Shown: one piece after another, positions 39,540 through 49,854 of the stretch
How positions within the stretch are numbered: the stretch's first letter is position 1
Layout: each line of letters begins with the position of its first letter
Assembly: GCA_965208325.1 (NCBI GenBank)
Contig: OZ242326.1
Coordinates: 1,088,001-1,152,000, forward strand
Direction: 5' to 3'
DNA length: 64,000 nt
Source: Candidatus Poribacteria bacterium
GTDB lineage: Bacteria; Poribacteria; WGA-4E; PCPOR2b
The notes under the pieces: model-generated
What the model saw: only the letters and a program-made list of their open reading frames with translations
Told to the model about the DNA's origin: nothing
The model's database searches: none
Made by a program: the position numbers and the translations under genes

Positions 39540-41474
39540 ATGTGTAGCATGAATAGAAGGTTGCTTTTCAGTATTTCGCTCTGGTGTGCGGCTCTGCAGT
39601 TTCCATCCACCTTAATTGCAGAAGACTACAATCAATGGAACTTGCCCGATGGCGCCATAATGCGCATCGGCAAGGGTAGAACATACGACCTTGAGTATTC
39701 GCCAGACGGCACCAAGCTTGCTGTGGCAACTAGTATTGGGGTATGGATTTATGATGCTGATACTGCCACAGAAATTGCCCTGCTTGCTGGGCACCTTGAT
39801 GGCGAGCGTTCTGTCGCGTTTTCCCCGGATAGTAACACGCTTGCTAGTGGCGGCATTTACAATACCCGCGATGGGAACGTGCGAAGCACTATACGGTTGT
39901 GGGACGTTAATACAGGGAAACTCAAGCAAACTCTAGACGGACACATTCTTGATACCAATGCCGTTGCGTTCTCTCCGGATGCAAATACTCTCGCTAGTGG
40001 GGGTTTCGGAGAAATTCGACTATGGGATGTCGTGACAGGGGAAGTCAAACATACCCTTGAAGCGCACAAATACGACGTTTACGCCCTAGCGTTTTCCCCA
40101 GATGGCAACACCCTCGCTAGCGGCGGTTACGATAAGAAGATTCACATATGGGATACCGTAACCGGGGAAAACAAGCGGACGTTAAAGGGACATACCGATC
40201 AGGTCAAATCGGTCGCGTACTCCCCGGATGGAAGTACCCTCGCTAGCGGTAGCGAGGACGGAACAGTTCGCTTGTGGAACGCCGTGACAGGTAAGCGCAA
40301 GAAAACTTTTCGCCGGAACATACAAACTTTTGCTCAACTTTGGCAGCACATAAAGCGGTCATTGAGTGGTCATGCAAATGAGATTCAATCCGTAGCATAT
40401 TCCCCAGATGCTCGTACCCTTGTCAGTGGAGGCGCGGAAATTCGGTTGTGGGATGCGGACACAGGAGAAATCAAGCACACCCATACTGTTTCGTGCAATG
40501 CCATTGCATATTCCCCAGATGGGAACACGCTCGCAATCGGGCATAAATACATTCCAATTCAATTGATGGATGTCACGACGGGCAAATTCAAGCGGATGCT
40601 AGAAGGGCATGAGATGGGGGCAAGTTCCGTCGCTTTCTCTCCGAACGGAGACACCCTCGCGAGCGCCAGTTATAGAGTTCAAATGTGGGATGCCGCTACC
40701 GGACGCGAAGTCAATAGAATTGAGGGTACGAAAGGAGCATATTCCATAGCATTCTCCCCGGACGGACGCGCCCTCGCCGCCGGGAGTACAGACAGTTTAA
40801 TTCCGTTATGGAATGCGGAATCAGGCGATGCCAGGAGTTCCCTTGAGGGTCATGCGAATTTGGTCTACACTGTCACCTTCGCCCCAGATGGGAACACCCT
40901 CGCCAGTGGAAGCAAGGACAAAACCATCCGGTTGTGGAATACCAAAACAGGGGAGCAAATTCATATTCTTCAAGGGCATAAGCGCGAGGTCATGTCAGTT
41001 GCATTCTCCCCAGACGGGAATACCCTCGCTAGTGGAAGTGAAGACAAGACCATTCGGATTTGGGATGTCGTAACCGGGAAACATAAACGTATCATAGATA
41101 AACACACGGACGGTGTTGAATCTGTTGTGTTCTCCCCGGACGGGAGAACCCTCGCCAGCGGCAGTGAAGACGACACCATTCGGTTGTGGGCTATCAAGAC
41201 AGGCGCAAATCTGCTCACGCTTAAAGGACATAAAAATCTGATTAAATCTGTCGGTTTCTCGCCGGACGGAAATACCCTCGCCAGCGGAAGTTTGGACAGG
41301 ACTATTCGGTTGTGGAATACCACAACTGGAAGACATAAGCGTACTCTTAAAGGGCATACGGGTTCGGTCACTTCCGTAGCGTACTCACCAGATGGGAACA
41401 CAATTGCCAGTGCAAGTTACGACGGAACTATTCTGCTCTGGAATGTGGCATCAACGGAGAGTAAGCCACAGTAA
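39540..41474 (+). CDS. Secreted WD40-repeat protein
   Basis: Signal-peptide-like N-terminus ending LIA-EDY; about 14 WD40 repeats. Confidence 0.92.
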   Translation: MCSMNRRLLFSISLWCAALQFPSTLIAEDYNQWNLPDGAIMRIGKGRTYDLEYSPDGTKLAVATSIGVWIYDADTATEIALLAGHLDGERSVAFSPDSNTLASGGIYNTRDGNVRSTIRLWDVNTGKLKQTLDGHILDTNAVAFSPDANTLASGGFGEIRLWDVVTGEVKHTLEAHKYDVYALAFSPDGNTLASGGYDKKIHIWDTVTGENKRTLKGHTDQVKSVAYSPDGSTLASGSEDGTVRLWNAVTGKRKKTFRRNIQTFAQLWQHIKRSLSGHANEIQSVAYSPDARTLVSGGAEIRLWDADTGEIKHTHTVSCNAIAYSPDGNTLAIGHKYIPIQLMDVTTGKFKRMLEGHEMGASSVAFSPNGDTLASASYRVQMWDAATGREVNRIEGTKGAYSIAFSPDGRALAAGSTDSLIPLWNAESGDARSSLEGHANLVYTVTFAPDGNTLASGSKDKTIRLWNTKTGEQIHILQGHKREVMSVAFSPDGNTLASGSEDKTIRIWDVVTGKHKRIIDKHTDGVESVVFSPDGRTLASGSEDDTIRLWAIKTGANLLTLKGHKNLIKSVGFSPDGNTLASGSLDRTIRLWNTTTGRHKRTLKGHTGSVTSVAYSPDGNTIASASYDGTILLWNVASTESKPQ

Positions 41475-41582
41475 TAGTTTGAATGATCGCCTTGTCGGAT
41501 ATAGTTGACTCATCTCAATAGCGTCGAACATATTCGCTGGTCGTTGCGCTGTCAGAGTTACACATACGAATAGAGGCTAAAT

Positions 41583-43379
41583 TTGCAATCGGATCCAATC
41601 CAATTCGAAGTTATCCGCAATGCGCTCGTCGAGGCGACCGAAGAGATGGCGATTGCGCTGCGGCGCAGTGCGTATTCCACCAACATCAAGACCAGAGCCG
41701 ATTTCTCCTGCGCTTTCTTTGACCGCCAACTGCAACCCGTTGCCCAAGCATTCACGCAACCGGTTCACCTAGGATCGCTAACCGAATTCGTGCCGAGAGT
41801 TGTCCGGGAGTATGGCTCAGAGAACCTAGAACCGGGGGATGCGATTCTCTCCAATCACCCTTACCTCGGCGGCGTTCACCTGAACGATATCACGCTTATC
41901 TCCCCAGTGTATCACGGCGCCTCCCGATCTGTATGTCCTGACAATTCTGAACGTAATGGTGCTAAAAACTCCGAAGAGCATCGGGAGCAAACGCTAGAAC
42001 TCTTCGGTTACGTTGCGAATCTAGCGCATCATGTAGACGTGGGCGGCGGCGCGCCCGCGAGCATAGGCGCATTCCGCGAGGTCTATCAAGAGGGGATTAT
42101 CATCCCTCCGGTGAAGCTAGTACGGCGGGGAGAAATTGTGCAGGACATTTTTCGGCTAGTGCTAGGCCAGATTCGTTCCAAGCATGAGACCGCGGGAGAT
42201 TTTCGCGCACAGATAGCGGCAAATAACACCGGTGTGCGCCGGCTGAACACGCTTCTGGAACGCATGGGCGCAGATAAAGTAGCTTTGAACGTTGATGAAC
42301 TGCTTGCATACACCGAACGCCGAACTCGCGCCGATTTGGCAAATCTCCCAAAGGGAACTTTTGCCGCTGACGGTTATGTCGATAACGATGGTTTCACTGA
42401 TGAACCCGTGCGCCTCGCGGCGAAAATGGTCATTGATGATAACGGCGTACTTTTCGATTTGACGGGTTCAGACCCGCAAAGGCGCGCCCCTGTAAATTCC
42501 ACGTATGCGCAGACCTATTCCGCGTGCGCCTATGTGCTCAAAAGCCTCCTTGATCCGGACATTCCGGTCAACGCGGGATTCTACCGTCTGGTGCGCATCG
42601 TGGCTCCGCCGGGAACGGTGGTCAACTGCACCTCACCGGCGCCAGTGGTGGGCGGTTGGGAAACGCAAGTACGGCTCAGCGACATCCTGCTGAAGGCAAT
42701 CGCACCGATTCTCCCCGACAGTATTCCTGCAGGGACTAAGGCAATGATGGCGCAGGTGGGCTTCGGAGCGGCGCATCCCCGTACGGGCGAACTCTACGCT
42801 TTTTACGAAACGCTAGCCGGCGGCTACGGCGGAAGAGCGTCGAGCGATGGACCTGACGCGGTTCAGTGCCACGGTCAGAACACGGAAAATGCGCCTATTG
42901 AGGAAACCGAGGTAAATTATCCGGTTCGCATAAACCGTTACGAGCTAGTCGAAGACTCTGATGGGGCAGGCAAACATCGCGGCGGGTTGGGGTTGCGGCG
43001 AGATTATTTCTTTGATCATGAAGCCTCGTTCACAATCCTGTCAGATCGCGACAGGTGGGGACCCCATGGACTCTTCGGTGGGTTGCCGGGAAAGGTAGCC
43101 AACTACATGCTGAACCCTGATAGTGATACCGTCGAACTCGGTTCCAAGGTAACAGTTCAACTCAAACCGGGAGACGTGGTGAGTTTTCGCACCTGTGGCG
43201 GCGGCGGTTACGGCCCGCCTGAAGACCGTGACCCGCAATTGGTGCTGCGGGACGTGCGTGACGGCAAAGTTAGTCCGGCGCGCGCGAGAAAAATCTATGG
43301 TGTATCCATCGACACAGACACATGGACAGCGGAGAAGGCGGATACCTCAAGCCAGCAAACAAATAGTGCGGCGAAGTGA
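41583..43379 (+). CDS. Hydantoinase B/oxoprolinase family protein
   Basis: RSAYSTNIK, DFSCA, PVHLGS, HLND, AHHVDVGG, EG.IIPP, GAGKHRGG and GGGGYG motifs. Confidence 0.93.
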   Translation: MQSDPIQFEVIRNALVEATEEMAIALRRSAYSTNIKTRADFSCAFFDRQLQPVAQAFTQPVHLGSLTEFVPRVVREYGSENLEPGDAILSNHPYLGGVHLNDITLISPVYHGASRSVCPDNSERNGAKNSEEHREQTLELFGYVANLAHHVDVGGGAPASIGAFREVYQEGIIIPPVKLVRRGEIVQDIFRLVLGQIRSKHETAGDFRAQIAANNTGVRRLNTLLERMGADKVALNVDELLAYTERRTRADLANLPKGTFAADGYVDNDGFTDEPVRLAAKMVIDDNGVLFDLTGSDPQRRAPVNSTYAQTYSACAYVLKSLLDPDIPVNAGFYRLVRIVAPPGTVVNCTSPAPVVGGWETQVRLSDILLKAIAPILPDSIPAGTKAMMAQVGFGAAHPRTGELYAFYETLAGGYGGRASSDGPDAVQCHGQNTENAPIEETEVNYPVRINRYELVEDSDGAGKHRGGLGLRRDYFFDHEASFTILSDRDRWGPHGLFGGLPGKVANYMLNPDSDTVELGSKVTVQLKPGDVVSFRTCGGGGYGPPEDRDPQLVLRDVRDGKVSPARARKIYGVSIDTDTWTAEKADTSSQQTNSAAK

Positions 43380-43449
43380 GAATTAAAACAGAACATGAAA
43401 TGCTACTTTGTGATTGCTCAGCCAATCGCAGAATATTGAGGTACAGTGG

Positions 43450-45570
43450 GTGACTTCCAGATACCGTCTCGGCGTGGATATCGGCGGCACATTCACGGAT
43501 GCCATCCTGATTAACGAAGGCACCGGTGAAATCCACGTCGGCAAGGTGCCATCGACGCCCCAAGATCCTGCGCGAGGATTCATGGATGCCGCCCATCGCA
43601 TGCTGCGCGAGGCTGATATATCGCCGGACGAGGTACGGCTTGTCGTTCACGGCACCACCGTAGCGACGAATGCCGTAATTGAGGGAAAGGTTGCCCACAC
43701 AGGTTTTATTACGACTGGCGGTTTTCGAGACCTATTAGAAATTCAGCGCCAGATTCGTCCGTCACTCTACGATTTGCAGTTCGAAAAACCACGTCCGCTA
43801 GTGCCTCGCCGCCTCTGCTTCGGTGTGCCAGAGCGGCTCGACGCGCACGGAAACATACTCACCCCGCTTGATGAAAACGCTGTGACACAGGCGGCAGAGC
43901 GGTTACGAAAAGACGGCGTCGAAGCTATTGCGGTCTGCTTCCTTCACGCCTACGTCAATCCAATTCATGAAACTCGGGCGGGGAAGATTCTGCGTGAAAT
44001 TGTACCCAACGCGGTCGTGTCTTTGTCCTCCGATGTCGCCCCAGAATTTCGGGAGTATTTTAGAGCCAGCACCACCGTCATCAACGTTTGCATTCGCCCG
44101 ATCGTGGCGCAGTATCTACAGCGTATTGAAACACAACTGGTTAAGGAGGGGTTAAACGCTGCATTGCTCGTCATGCAGAGCAGCGGCGGGGTTTTCACCT
44201 TCTCGGCAGCAAGCAAAAAACCGGTCTTCATGGTGGAATCAGGCCCCGCGGCGGGTGTCATCGCGGCAACTCACCTGGGGACTGCACTTGGATATGAAGA
44301 TGTAATCTCCTTTGACATGGGGGGCACCACTGCAAAAGCTGGCCTGATTGAGAGTGGAACACCGCGAATTACCAAGGAATATGAGGTTGGTGCGACGGCC
44401 CGGTCGGGTTTGGGCGCCAACGCCGGCGGGGGATATCCCATACGCACCCCCGTTATCGACCTTGTCGAAATCGGCGCGGGCGGCGGCTCAATCGCTTGGG
44501 TGGACTCCGGCGGTGTTCTGCGTGTTGGCCCTCAAAGTGCGGGCGCTGATCCAGGCCCAGCTTGCTACGAAAAAGGAGGTACAGCGCCCACCATAACGGA
44601 TGCCAATTTGGTGTTGGGACGGCTGAATCCGAGCTACTTCTTGGGCGGCGAGATTAAACTAAATATTGATGCGGCATGGCGGGCAATTGAGGAAACCTGC
44701 GCCAAGCCGTTGGGAATGGAAGTCGTCAATGCCGCTCACGGGATCGTCGAAATTGCGAATGCAGCCATGGTGAACGCACTGCGCCTCGTTTCTGTACAGC
44801 GCGGTTATGACCCCAGAGAATTTGTATTAATGGCATTTGGCGGTGCCGGACCGCTGCACGCCAACCGCTTGGCGGATGAGATTGAAGCACGCGCTGTCAT
44901 CATTCCAATAAGCCCCGGGACTACATCCGCCATGGGGCTTTTGGTGACTGACCTCAAACACGAATGTACCAAAACACTCATACAGCGTGTCGACCAACTC
45001 GACCTAATGGAATTGGAGAAAACTTTCGACTCACTCACCGAAACAGGACGGAAGACCCTTGAGCGCGAGGGAATGGCTCAAGAAGACATCTCCTTCGACC
45101 GCAAAGTAGATATGCGCTACGTCGGACAGAGTTATGAACTGACTGTAACGTTGTCAGAAGGTCAAGGCGAATGCGCACCATCCCCTCTGTGCGAATCCGA
45201 AATTCGCCGGGCATTGGAGGCGTTCAATCTAGCGCACGACCGCGCATACGGTTACAATGCCCCGGACGAACCGGTCGAGCTTGTCAACCTCCGGCTTACT
45301 GCGGTCGGTCATATCACCAAGCCTCGCCAGCGAGAGTTGGATGGCCGTGATCCGGACATAGGAAAAGCTCACAAAGCGATTCGGTCGGTGTACTTCGCAG
45401 AGAAGAACGGCTATGTTGATTGCCCCATCTATAATCGGTACCGGTTGGGCGCCGGAGTTGTCTTAATCGGACCTGCGATAGTTGAGGAGATTGATTCTAC
45501 CACGGTCATCCACCCTGGCTACCAAGCCGAAATGGACAAGTACGGCAATTTGATTCTGACCAAGTTCTGA
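43450..45570 (+). CDS. Hydantoinase A/oxoprolinase family protein
   Basis: GVDIGGTFTD, HGTTVATN, ESGPAAG, DMGGTT, GAGGGS, GPQSAGA.PGPACY motifs; GTG 43450 with GAGG RBS. Confidence 0.93.
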   Translation: MTSRYRLGVDIGGTFTDAILINEGTGEIHVGKVPSTPQDPARGFMDAAHRMLREADISPDEVRLVVHGTTVATNAVIEGKVAHTGFITTGGFRDLLEIQRQIRPSLYDLQFEKPRPLVPRRLCFGVPERLDAHGNILTPLDENAVTQAAERLRKDGVEAIAVCFLHAYVNPIHETRAGKILREIVPNAVVSLSSDVAPEFREYFRASTTVINVCIRPIVAQYLQRIETQLVKEGLNAALLVMQSSGGVFTFSAASKKPVFMVESGPAAGVIAATHLGTALGYEDVISFDMGGTTAKAGLIESGTPRITKEYEVGATARSGLGANAGGGYPIRTPVIDLVEIGAGGGSIAWVDSGGVLRVGPQSAGADPGPACYEKGGTAPTITDANLVLGRLNPSYFLGGEIKLNIDAAWRAIEETCAKPLGMEVVNAAHGIVEIANAAMVNALRLVSVQRGYDPREFVLMAFGGAGPLHANRLADEIEARAVIIPISPGTTSAMGLLVTDLKHECTKTLIQRVDQLDLMELEKTFDSLTETGRKTLEREGMAQEDISFDRKVDMRYVGQSYELTVTLSEGQGECAPSPLCESEIRRALEAFNLAHDRAYGYNAPDEPVELVNLRLTAVGHITKPRQRELDGRDPDIGKAHKAIRSVYFAEKNGYVDCPIYNRYRLGAGVVLIGPAIVEEIDSTTVIHPGYQAEMDKYGNLILTKF

Positions 45571-45651
45571 TGCGGTGGGGGAACTGTTTAAGCGCGGCGA
45601 GCAAGGTGTAAGAATTCAACGATTTGGCAGGTAATTCATTTAACCCAACCT

Positions 45652-46842
45652 TCATTTCGTCGCGGCGCGGTCAAAAATTATTTCTGCGATTTCTCGCTTG
45701 GACAGCAGGGGAAGCTGTTCATGTGAGCCGTCACGATTCAAAAGTGTCACGACGTTTGTATCGCCTTCAAACCCTGCGCCTTTTTCCAAGATGTTGTTTG
45801 CTACAATCAAATCCAAGTTCTTATCGGCTAACTTTTGCCGTGCATGACTCAAGATATCGTCCGTTTCAGCCGCAAACCCTACAAGAATCTGACGTGATTT
45901 CCGCCTACCGAGCTCCAGCGCTATATCAGGGTTTTTTACGAGCGGAAACGTAAATTGATCGGCTTTTTTCTTGATTTTATGGGAAGAGACGGTTTCGGGA
46001 CGGTAATCTGCAACTGCGGCCGTCATTATGACAATATCTGCCTGATCGAAAACTGCAAGAACTGCTTCGTGCATCTCCATCGCAGTTTCGACATAACGGC
46101 AATCAATACCGGTGGGGGGAGGCACCGCTGTTGGGCCGCTGATTAGAATAACTTCCGCGCCGCGGCGATACGCGGCTTCAGCAACCGCATAACCCATTTT
46201 TCCGCTGGATCGATTGCTGATGTAACGAACCGGGTCGAGATATTCCCGCGTCGGTCCCGCCGTGACAACAACTTTCTTGTCAATCAGATCTATTTTGCGG
46301 GACAATCGCCGTGTAATACGTTCTAGAATCGCTTCAACCGTGTTCAAACGCCCGATCCCCTGACGTCCAGAGGCGAGATCCCCGATGACAGGTTCAACAA
46401 TTTCAACATCGTGATCTCTCAGACGCGTCATGTTTGCTTGCACGAAAGGGTTTTGGTACATGTGATCTTCCATCGCTGGGGCAATCAAAACGGGACAGTG
46501 GACGGAGATGGCGACGGTTGAGAGGACATCGTCCGCGATGCCATTTGCCATTTTCCCAATCACATTTGCGGTCGCGGGCGCAATCACCAGCAAATCTGCC
46601 TGATCTGCGAGATCGATGTGGGCAGGTTTCCAATCCGATTCGGCGTTGAATAGATTTAACATCACGGGGTTGCGGGAGATGACCTGAAATTGCAGTGGTT
46701 GCACCAAGCGGGTGGCATTTTCTGTCATAACCACATGAACGGAAGCGCCGTGTTTCACCAACTGACTCGCCAAATCGACAGATTTATGGATAGCGATACT
46801 ACCAGTGACTCCTAAGATGATTCGCCGCTTTTTCAATTCCAT
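45652..46842 (-). CDS. coaBC: Phosphopantothenoylcysteine decarboxylase/ligase
   Basis: GVTGSIA, APATAN, APAM, TAGPTRE.LDPVR.ISNRSSGKMG, AAVADY, GFAAET motifs. Confidence 0.97.
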   Translation of the reverse strand: MELKKRRIILGVTGSIAIHKSVDLASQLVKHGASVHVVMTENATRLVQPLQFQVISRNPVMLNLFNAESDWKPAHIDLADQADLLVIAPATANVIGKMANGIADDVLSTVAISVHCPVLIAPAMEDHMYQNPFVQANMTRLRDHDVEIVEPVIGDLASGRQGIGRLNTVEAILERITRRLSRKIDLIDKKVVVTAGPTREYLDPVRYISNRSSGKMGYAVAEAAYRRGAEVILISGPTAVPPPTGIDCRYVETAMEMHEAVLAVFDQADIVIMTAAVADYRPETVSSHKIKKKADQFTFPLVKNPDIALELGRRKSRQILVGFAAETDDILSHARQKLADKNLDLIVANNILEKGAGFEGDTNVVTLLNRDGSHEQLPLLSKREIAEIIFDRAATK

Positions 46843-47066
46843 GTGGCCACCGCCTTTAGAATCTCAATTTTCATCTCGTTTCTGAATATTTTACAGTATT
46901 CTGTGTTTCATGTCTACATTGTGTTGCGTACGATCCGGTCGTAATGACCATTGACCGTTTTCGACCTTTTTACATATCTTCAACACTAGACAAATCCTAA
47001 CCGAGTTTATCGGCACGGCATCCACAGCCATCGCAATAGGAAATTTTTATTTTAACGCTTAAATTC

Positions 47067-48317
47067 TTGGCAATGCACGCTAATAATTTAAAGATGCAAT
47101 CGATATTTCCTCGTCAAATCCTATTCGCCGCAATCGCAATAGCCGCCGCTGCCAGTTTTTTGCTTTGCGGATACGAATTCATCCGAGCCGTCTCAGACTC
47201 ACTGTTTATCGGTGCCTATGGCGCTGAAAACCTGCCTTGGGTCATGGCTGCTGTGTTTCCCGGCGTTTACCTAATGATTTTCCTTTACGGCCGACTCCTT
47301 TCGTGGGTCGGTGCAAACCGCGCGCTCCTCGTGACATCGCTGCTTTCGGGAGTAATGATTTTATCCGCCTATGGTCTGATTTTGAAAGGCTTTCCTATCG
47401 CCACAGCAATCATCTACGTCTTTCGCGAGGCGTACATCGTTCTCATTATCGAACAATACTGGGCATTCGTCAACAGCACGCTAAGTCCCGATCAGGCACG
47501 CCGTATCAACGGTCCTTTCTGCGGCCTAGCATCGTTGGGATCAGTGGCGGGGGGATTCCTCGCCGGACATTTGGCGGGTCGGTTGGGTTCAGCCACGCTG
47601 TTAATTTTCACGGCGGGGTCGCTGCTGCCAGCCGCGGCATGTTCGGCTGCGGCTTACGCCTTCGCTGGTACGCCGCAGCCATCTGAAGCTGAGCGCGGCG
47701 GAAAACTTGGACACACCGGGCTGCGGGTGTTATTTCAATCCCGATATCTCTTGTTCATCGGTTTGTTGGTCATAACCACGCAGATAGTTTCAACCGTGTT
47801 GGACCTTCGATTTAAAGGCTTGATTGAATTTGAAATACCGGAAATAGACGAGAGAACCGCGTTCATCGGAAATTTTTATGGCACGCTTGGCGCCGTCGCC
47901 GCGACTCTCCAATTTGCGGCGACGCCATTATTGCTGCGATTTGTCCCAATTCGCATCGTGCACCTTGCCATTCCGATAATACATCTCCTCACCTGCAGTG
48001 TTCTCACTGCCTCACCGTCGCTGTGGATTAGCGCTGCGGCGTTTTTAGTATTCAAAGGGCTTGATTACTCAATCTTCCGCGCCGCCAAAGAAATTTTTTA
48101 CATCCCTTTGCCGTTCGATGCCCGATACCGAGCAAAGCAGATTATCGATTCTTTTGGCTATCGATCCGCAAAAAGCGGTAGTGCATTCATAATCGCCCTA
48201 ACACGTCTGCCCGCATCGGCGTTTTCCTTGACAGCTATAATTGCGGCAACCATCTGGTCCGGTATTGTATCAAACTTAACAACGCAGTATCAGAATGTCG
48301 AGAAAACTCAAGATTGA
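47067..48317 (+). CDS. Npt1/Npt2 (TLC)-like MFS transporter
   Basis: About 11-12 TM helices; YEFIRAVSDSLF, QYWAFVN, DYSIFRAAKEIFYIPL and YRAKQIID motifs. Confidence 0.72.
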   Translation: MAMHANNLKMQSIFPRQILFAAIAIAAAASFLLCGYEFIRAVSDSLFIGAYGAENLPWVMAAVFPGVYLMIFLYGRLLSWVGANRALLVTSLLSGVMILSAYGLILKGFPIATAIIYVFREAYIVLIIEQYWAFVNSTLSPDQARRINGPFCGLASLGSVAGGFLAGHLAGRLGSATLLIFTAGSLLPAAACSAAAYAFAGTPQPSEAERGGKLGHTGLRVLFQSRYLLFIGLLVITTQIVSTVLDLRFKGLIEFEIPEIDERTAFIGNFYGTLGAVAATLQFAATPLLLRFVPIRIVHLAIPIIHLLTCSVLTASPSLWISAAAFLVFKGLDYSIFRAAKEIFYIPLPFDARYRAKQIIDSFGYRSAKSGSAFIIALTRLPASAFSLTAIIAATIWSGIVSNLTTQYQNVEKTQD

Positions 48318-48440
48318 GGGCAGGTAATCGGGAATTCAGGGAAGTGAACTAGGAGTTGATGGAGCGGAGATTCAGGTGAAATTGAGCAAATGCCGCTTCA
48401 CCGCCGAACTCAGATTGTTCGCCACGGGTTTAATCCGTCA

Positions 48441-49754
48441 TTAGATAACGGTAATTGCTCTCATCACGCTTTCCTGAAATCGATCATATGCTAGGGCTGC
48501 ACCGGCGATATTTCCGGCCGCAGGACCAAGTTGAAGCTGCGCAATTACCCCCGACCCAAAAAGACTCTCAACGGGGGTCAGTCGCAGTTTTTCATCGAGT
48601 ACCGGCAATCCGCTCACGGTTGTTACGTCGTGTTGTTCGATCAGATTTGATAGAAATGCGTATTTGCGAAGATTGAACCGATACCCCGTTGCGAGGATAA
48701 TTGTGTCAACCGCGTCAATGGTTCGCTGTGTGGTGGTTACCTGTAATTGATTCAGCCGGCTGGTTTTGTCGATTTCAAGCACTTCGGCGCCGATACAGTG
48801 TTGGAATTTTTTGTTCGTTACGGCATATTGCTCCAACGTTTCCGCAATGTCCGGCGTAACACTTCCCTCGCCCCTTGCCTGTTGGATGGCTTCCCACCGT
48901 TTCTCCCAATCGGGTTCATTGTTGAACGCCTCAATTGTTTTCGGCCCCAACCAGGAAGGCTGAAAGTCAAATTGTTGAATTTTCAGCGGGCTTCGCAAAA
49001 TGGACACTACCTGTGCGCCCTGTTCAACGAGGGATTTTGCAAGGGTGCCAGCCGTTAATCCGCCGCCGATTATGACGACTTTTCGCGTTTCCTTAGAATG
49101 CGGCGCATGGCCGCGACGCTGTCCGAAATCCTGAAGATCGAAATCCCCCGAATGCAATACACGCTCCGGAAACCGATTTCGCCAGCGCACGAATTCCGGC
49201 GGTACGAACGGGCAATCGTCAGAACCCACAGCCAAAATTACGCAACGCGCGCGAAACCCTTCATTTCGCTGCGAGATTATTCTGAACGGATACCGGCCGC
49301 TGCCCTTATCCCATCGCAATTTGGCGACATCAAATTGGTAATAGAACGAACTAATCCGTTGTTGTTCAATTTCTTGATGGCAAAAATCAAGAAAGAGACT
49401 CGTGGAAGGCTGCGAGTACGGTGGGGAAAGTTCATTGGTGCGCTGGTGGATTCTCGCGTGCTCTACGATTCCAAGCGCATCCATTCCGACATGGTGCACA
49501 GCAGGAGATCTCAAGAATTTCATGCCCTGCTTCTGTGTTTTTCTCTGCCATGCCGTCAAGGGATGCGGATAACGATCTAGAATCGCGAGATATTTCACCG
49601 CTTCGGTTCCAAAAATCTGGTGTCTCGCAAAATCTCGAATTAACCGTTGTGCGATTGATACGCCGTGAATGCCGCCTCCAATGATTACTACGGGGATATT
49701 CTGATGGCTGAGGTTCAACATGGTACAAACACAAGCGCCGCGATGATTGCGCAT
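48441..49754 (-). CDS. FAD/NAD(P)-dependent monooxygenase-like protein (lysine/ornithine N-hydroxylase-like fold)
   Basis: IIGGGIHG FAD motif, LRSP..HH, IGGGLTAG NAD(P) motif, LATGY. Confidence 0.75.
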   Translation of the reverse strand: MRNHRGACVCTMLNLSHQNIPVVIIGGGIHGVSIAQRLIRDFARHQIFGTEAVKYLAILDRYPHPLTAWQRKTQKQGMKFLRSPAVHHVGMDALGIVEHARIHQRTNELSPPYSQPSTSLFLDFCHQEIEQQRISSFYYQFDVAKLRWDKGSGRYPFRIISQRNEGFRARCVILAVGSDDCPFVPPEFVRWRNRFPERVLHSGDFDLQDFGQRRGHAPHSKETRKVVIIGGGLTAGTLAKSLVEQGAQVVSILRSPLKIQQFDFQPSWLGPKTIEAFNNEPDWEKRWEAIQQARGEGSVTPDIAETLEQYAVTNKKFQHCIGAEVLEIDKTSRLNQLQVTTTQRTIDAVDTIILATGYRFNLRKYAFLSNLIEQHDVTTVSGLPVLDEKLRLTPVESLFGSGVIAQLQLGPAAGNIAGAALAYDRFQESVMRAITVI

Positions 49755-49854
49755 GATATCGCGTTTTCTTGTGCGTCATCTAGATTGGCAATTGACCCTC
49801 AAACAGCCGCAGCTTCACACAGCGGCAAGTGATTGAAGCTGGTCTCATGTTCGG

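Noticed and set aside
35630..41401. Many antisense ORFs containing PSGENA repeats
   Set aside because: They are reverse-strand shadows of the WD40 FSPDG repeats.
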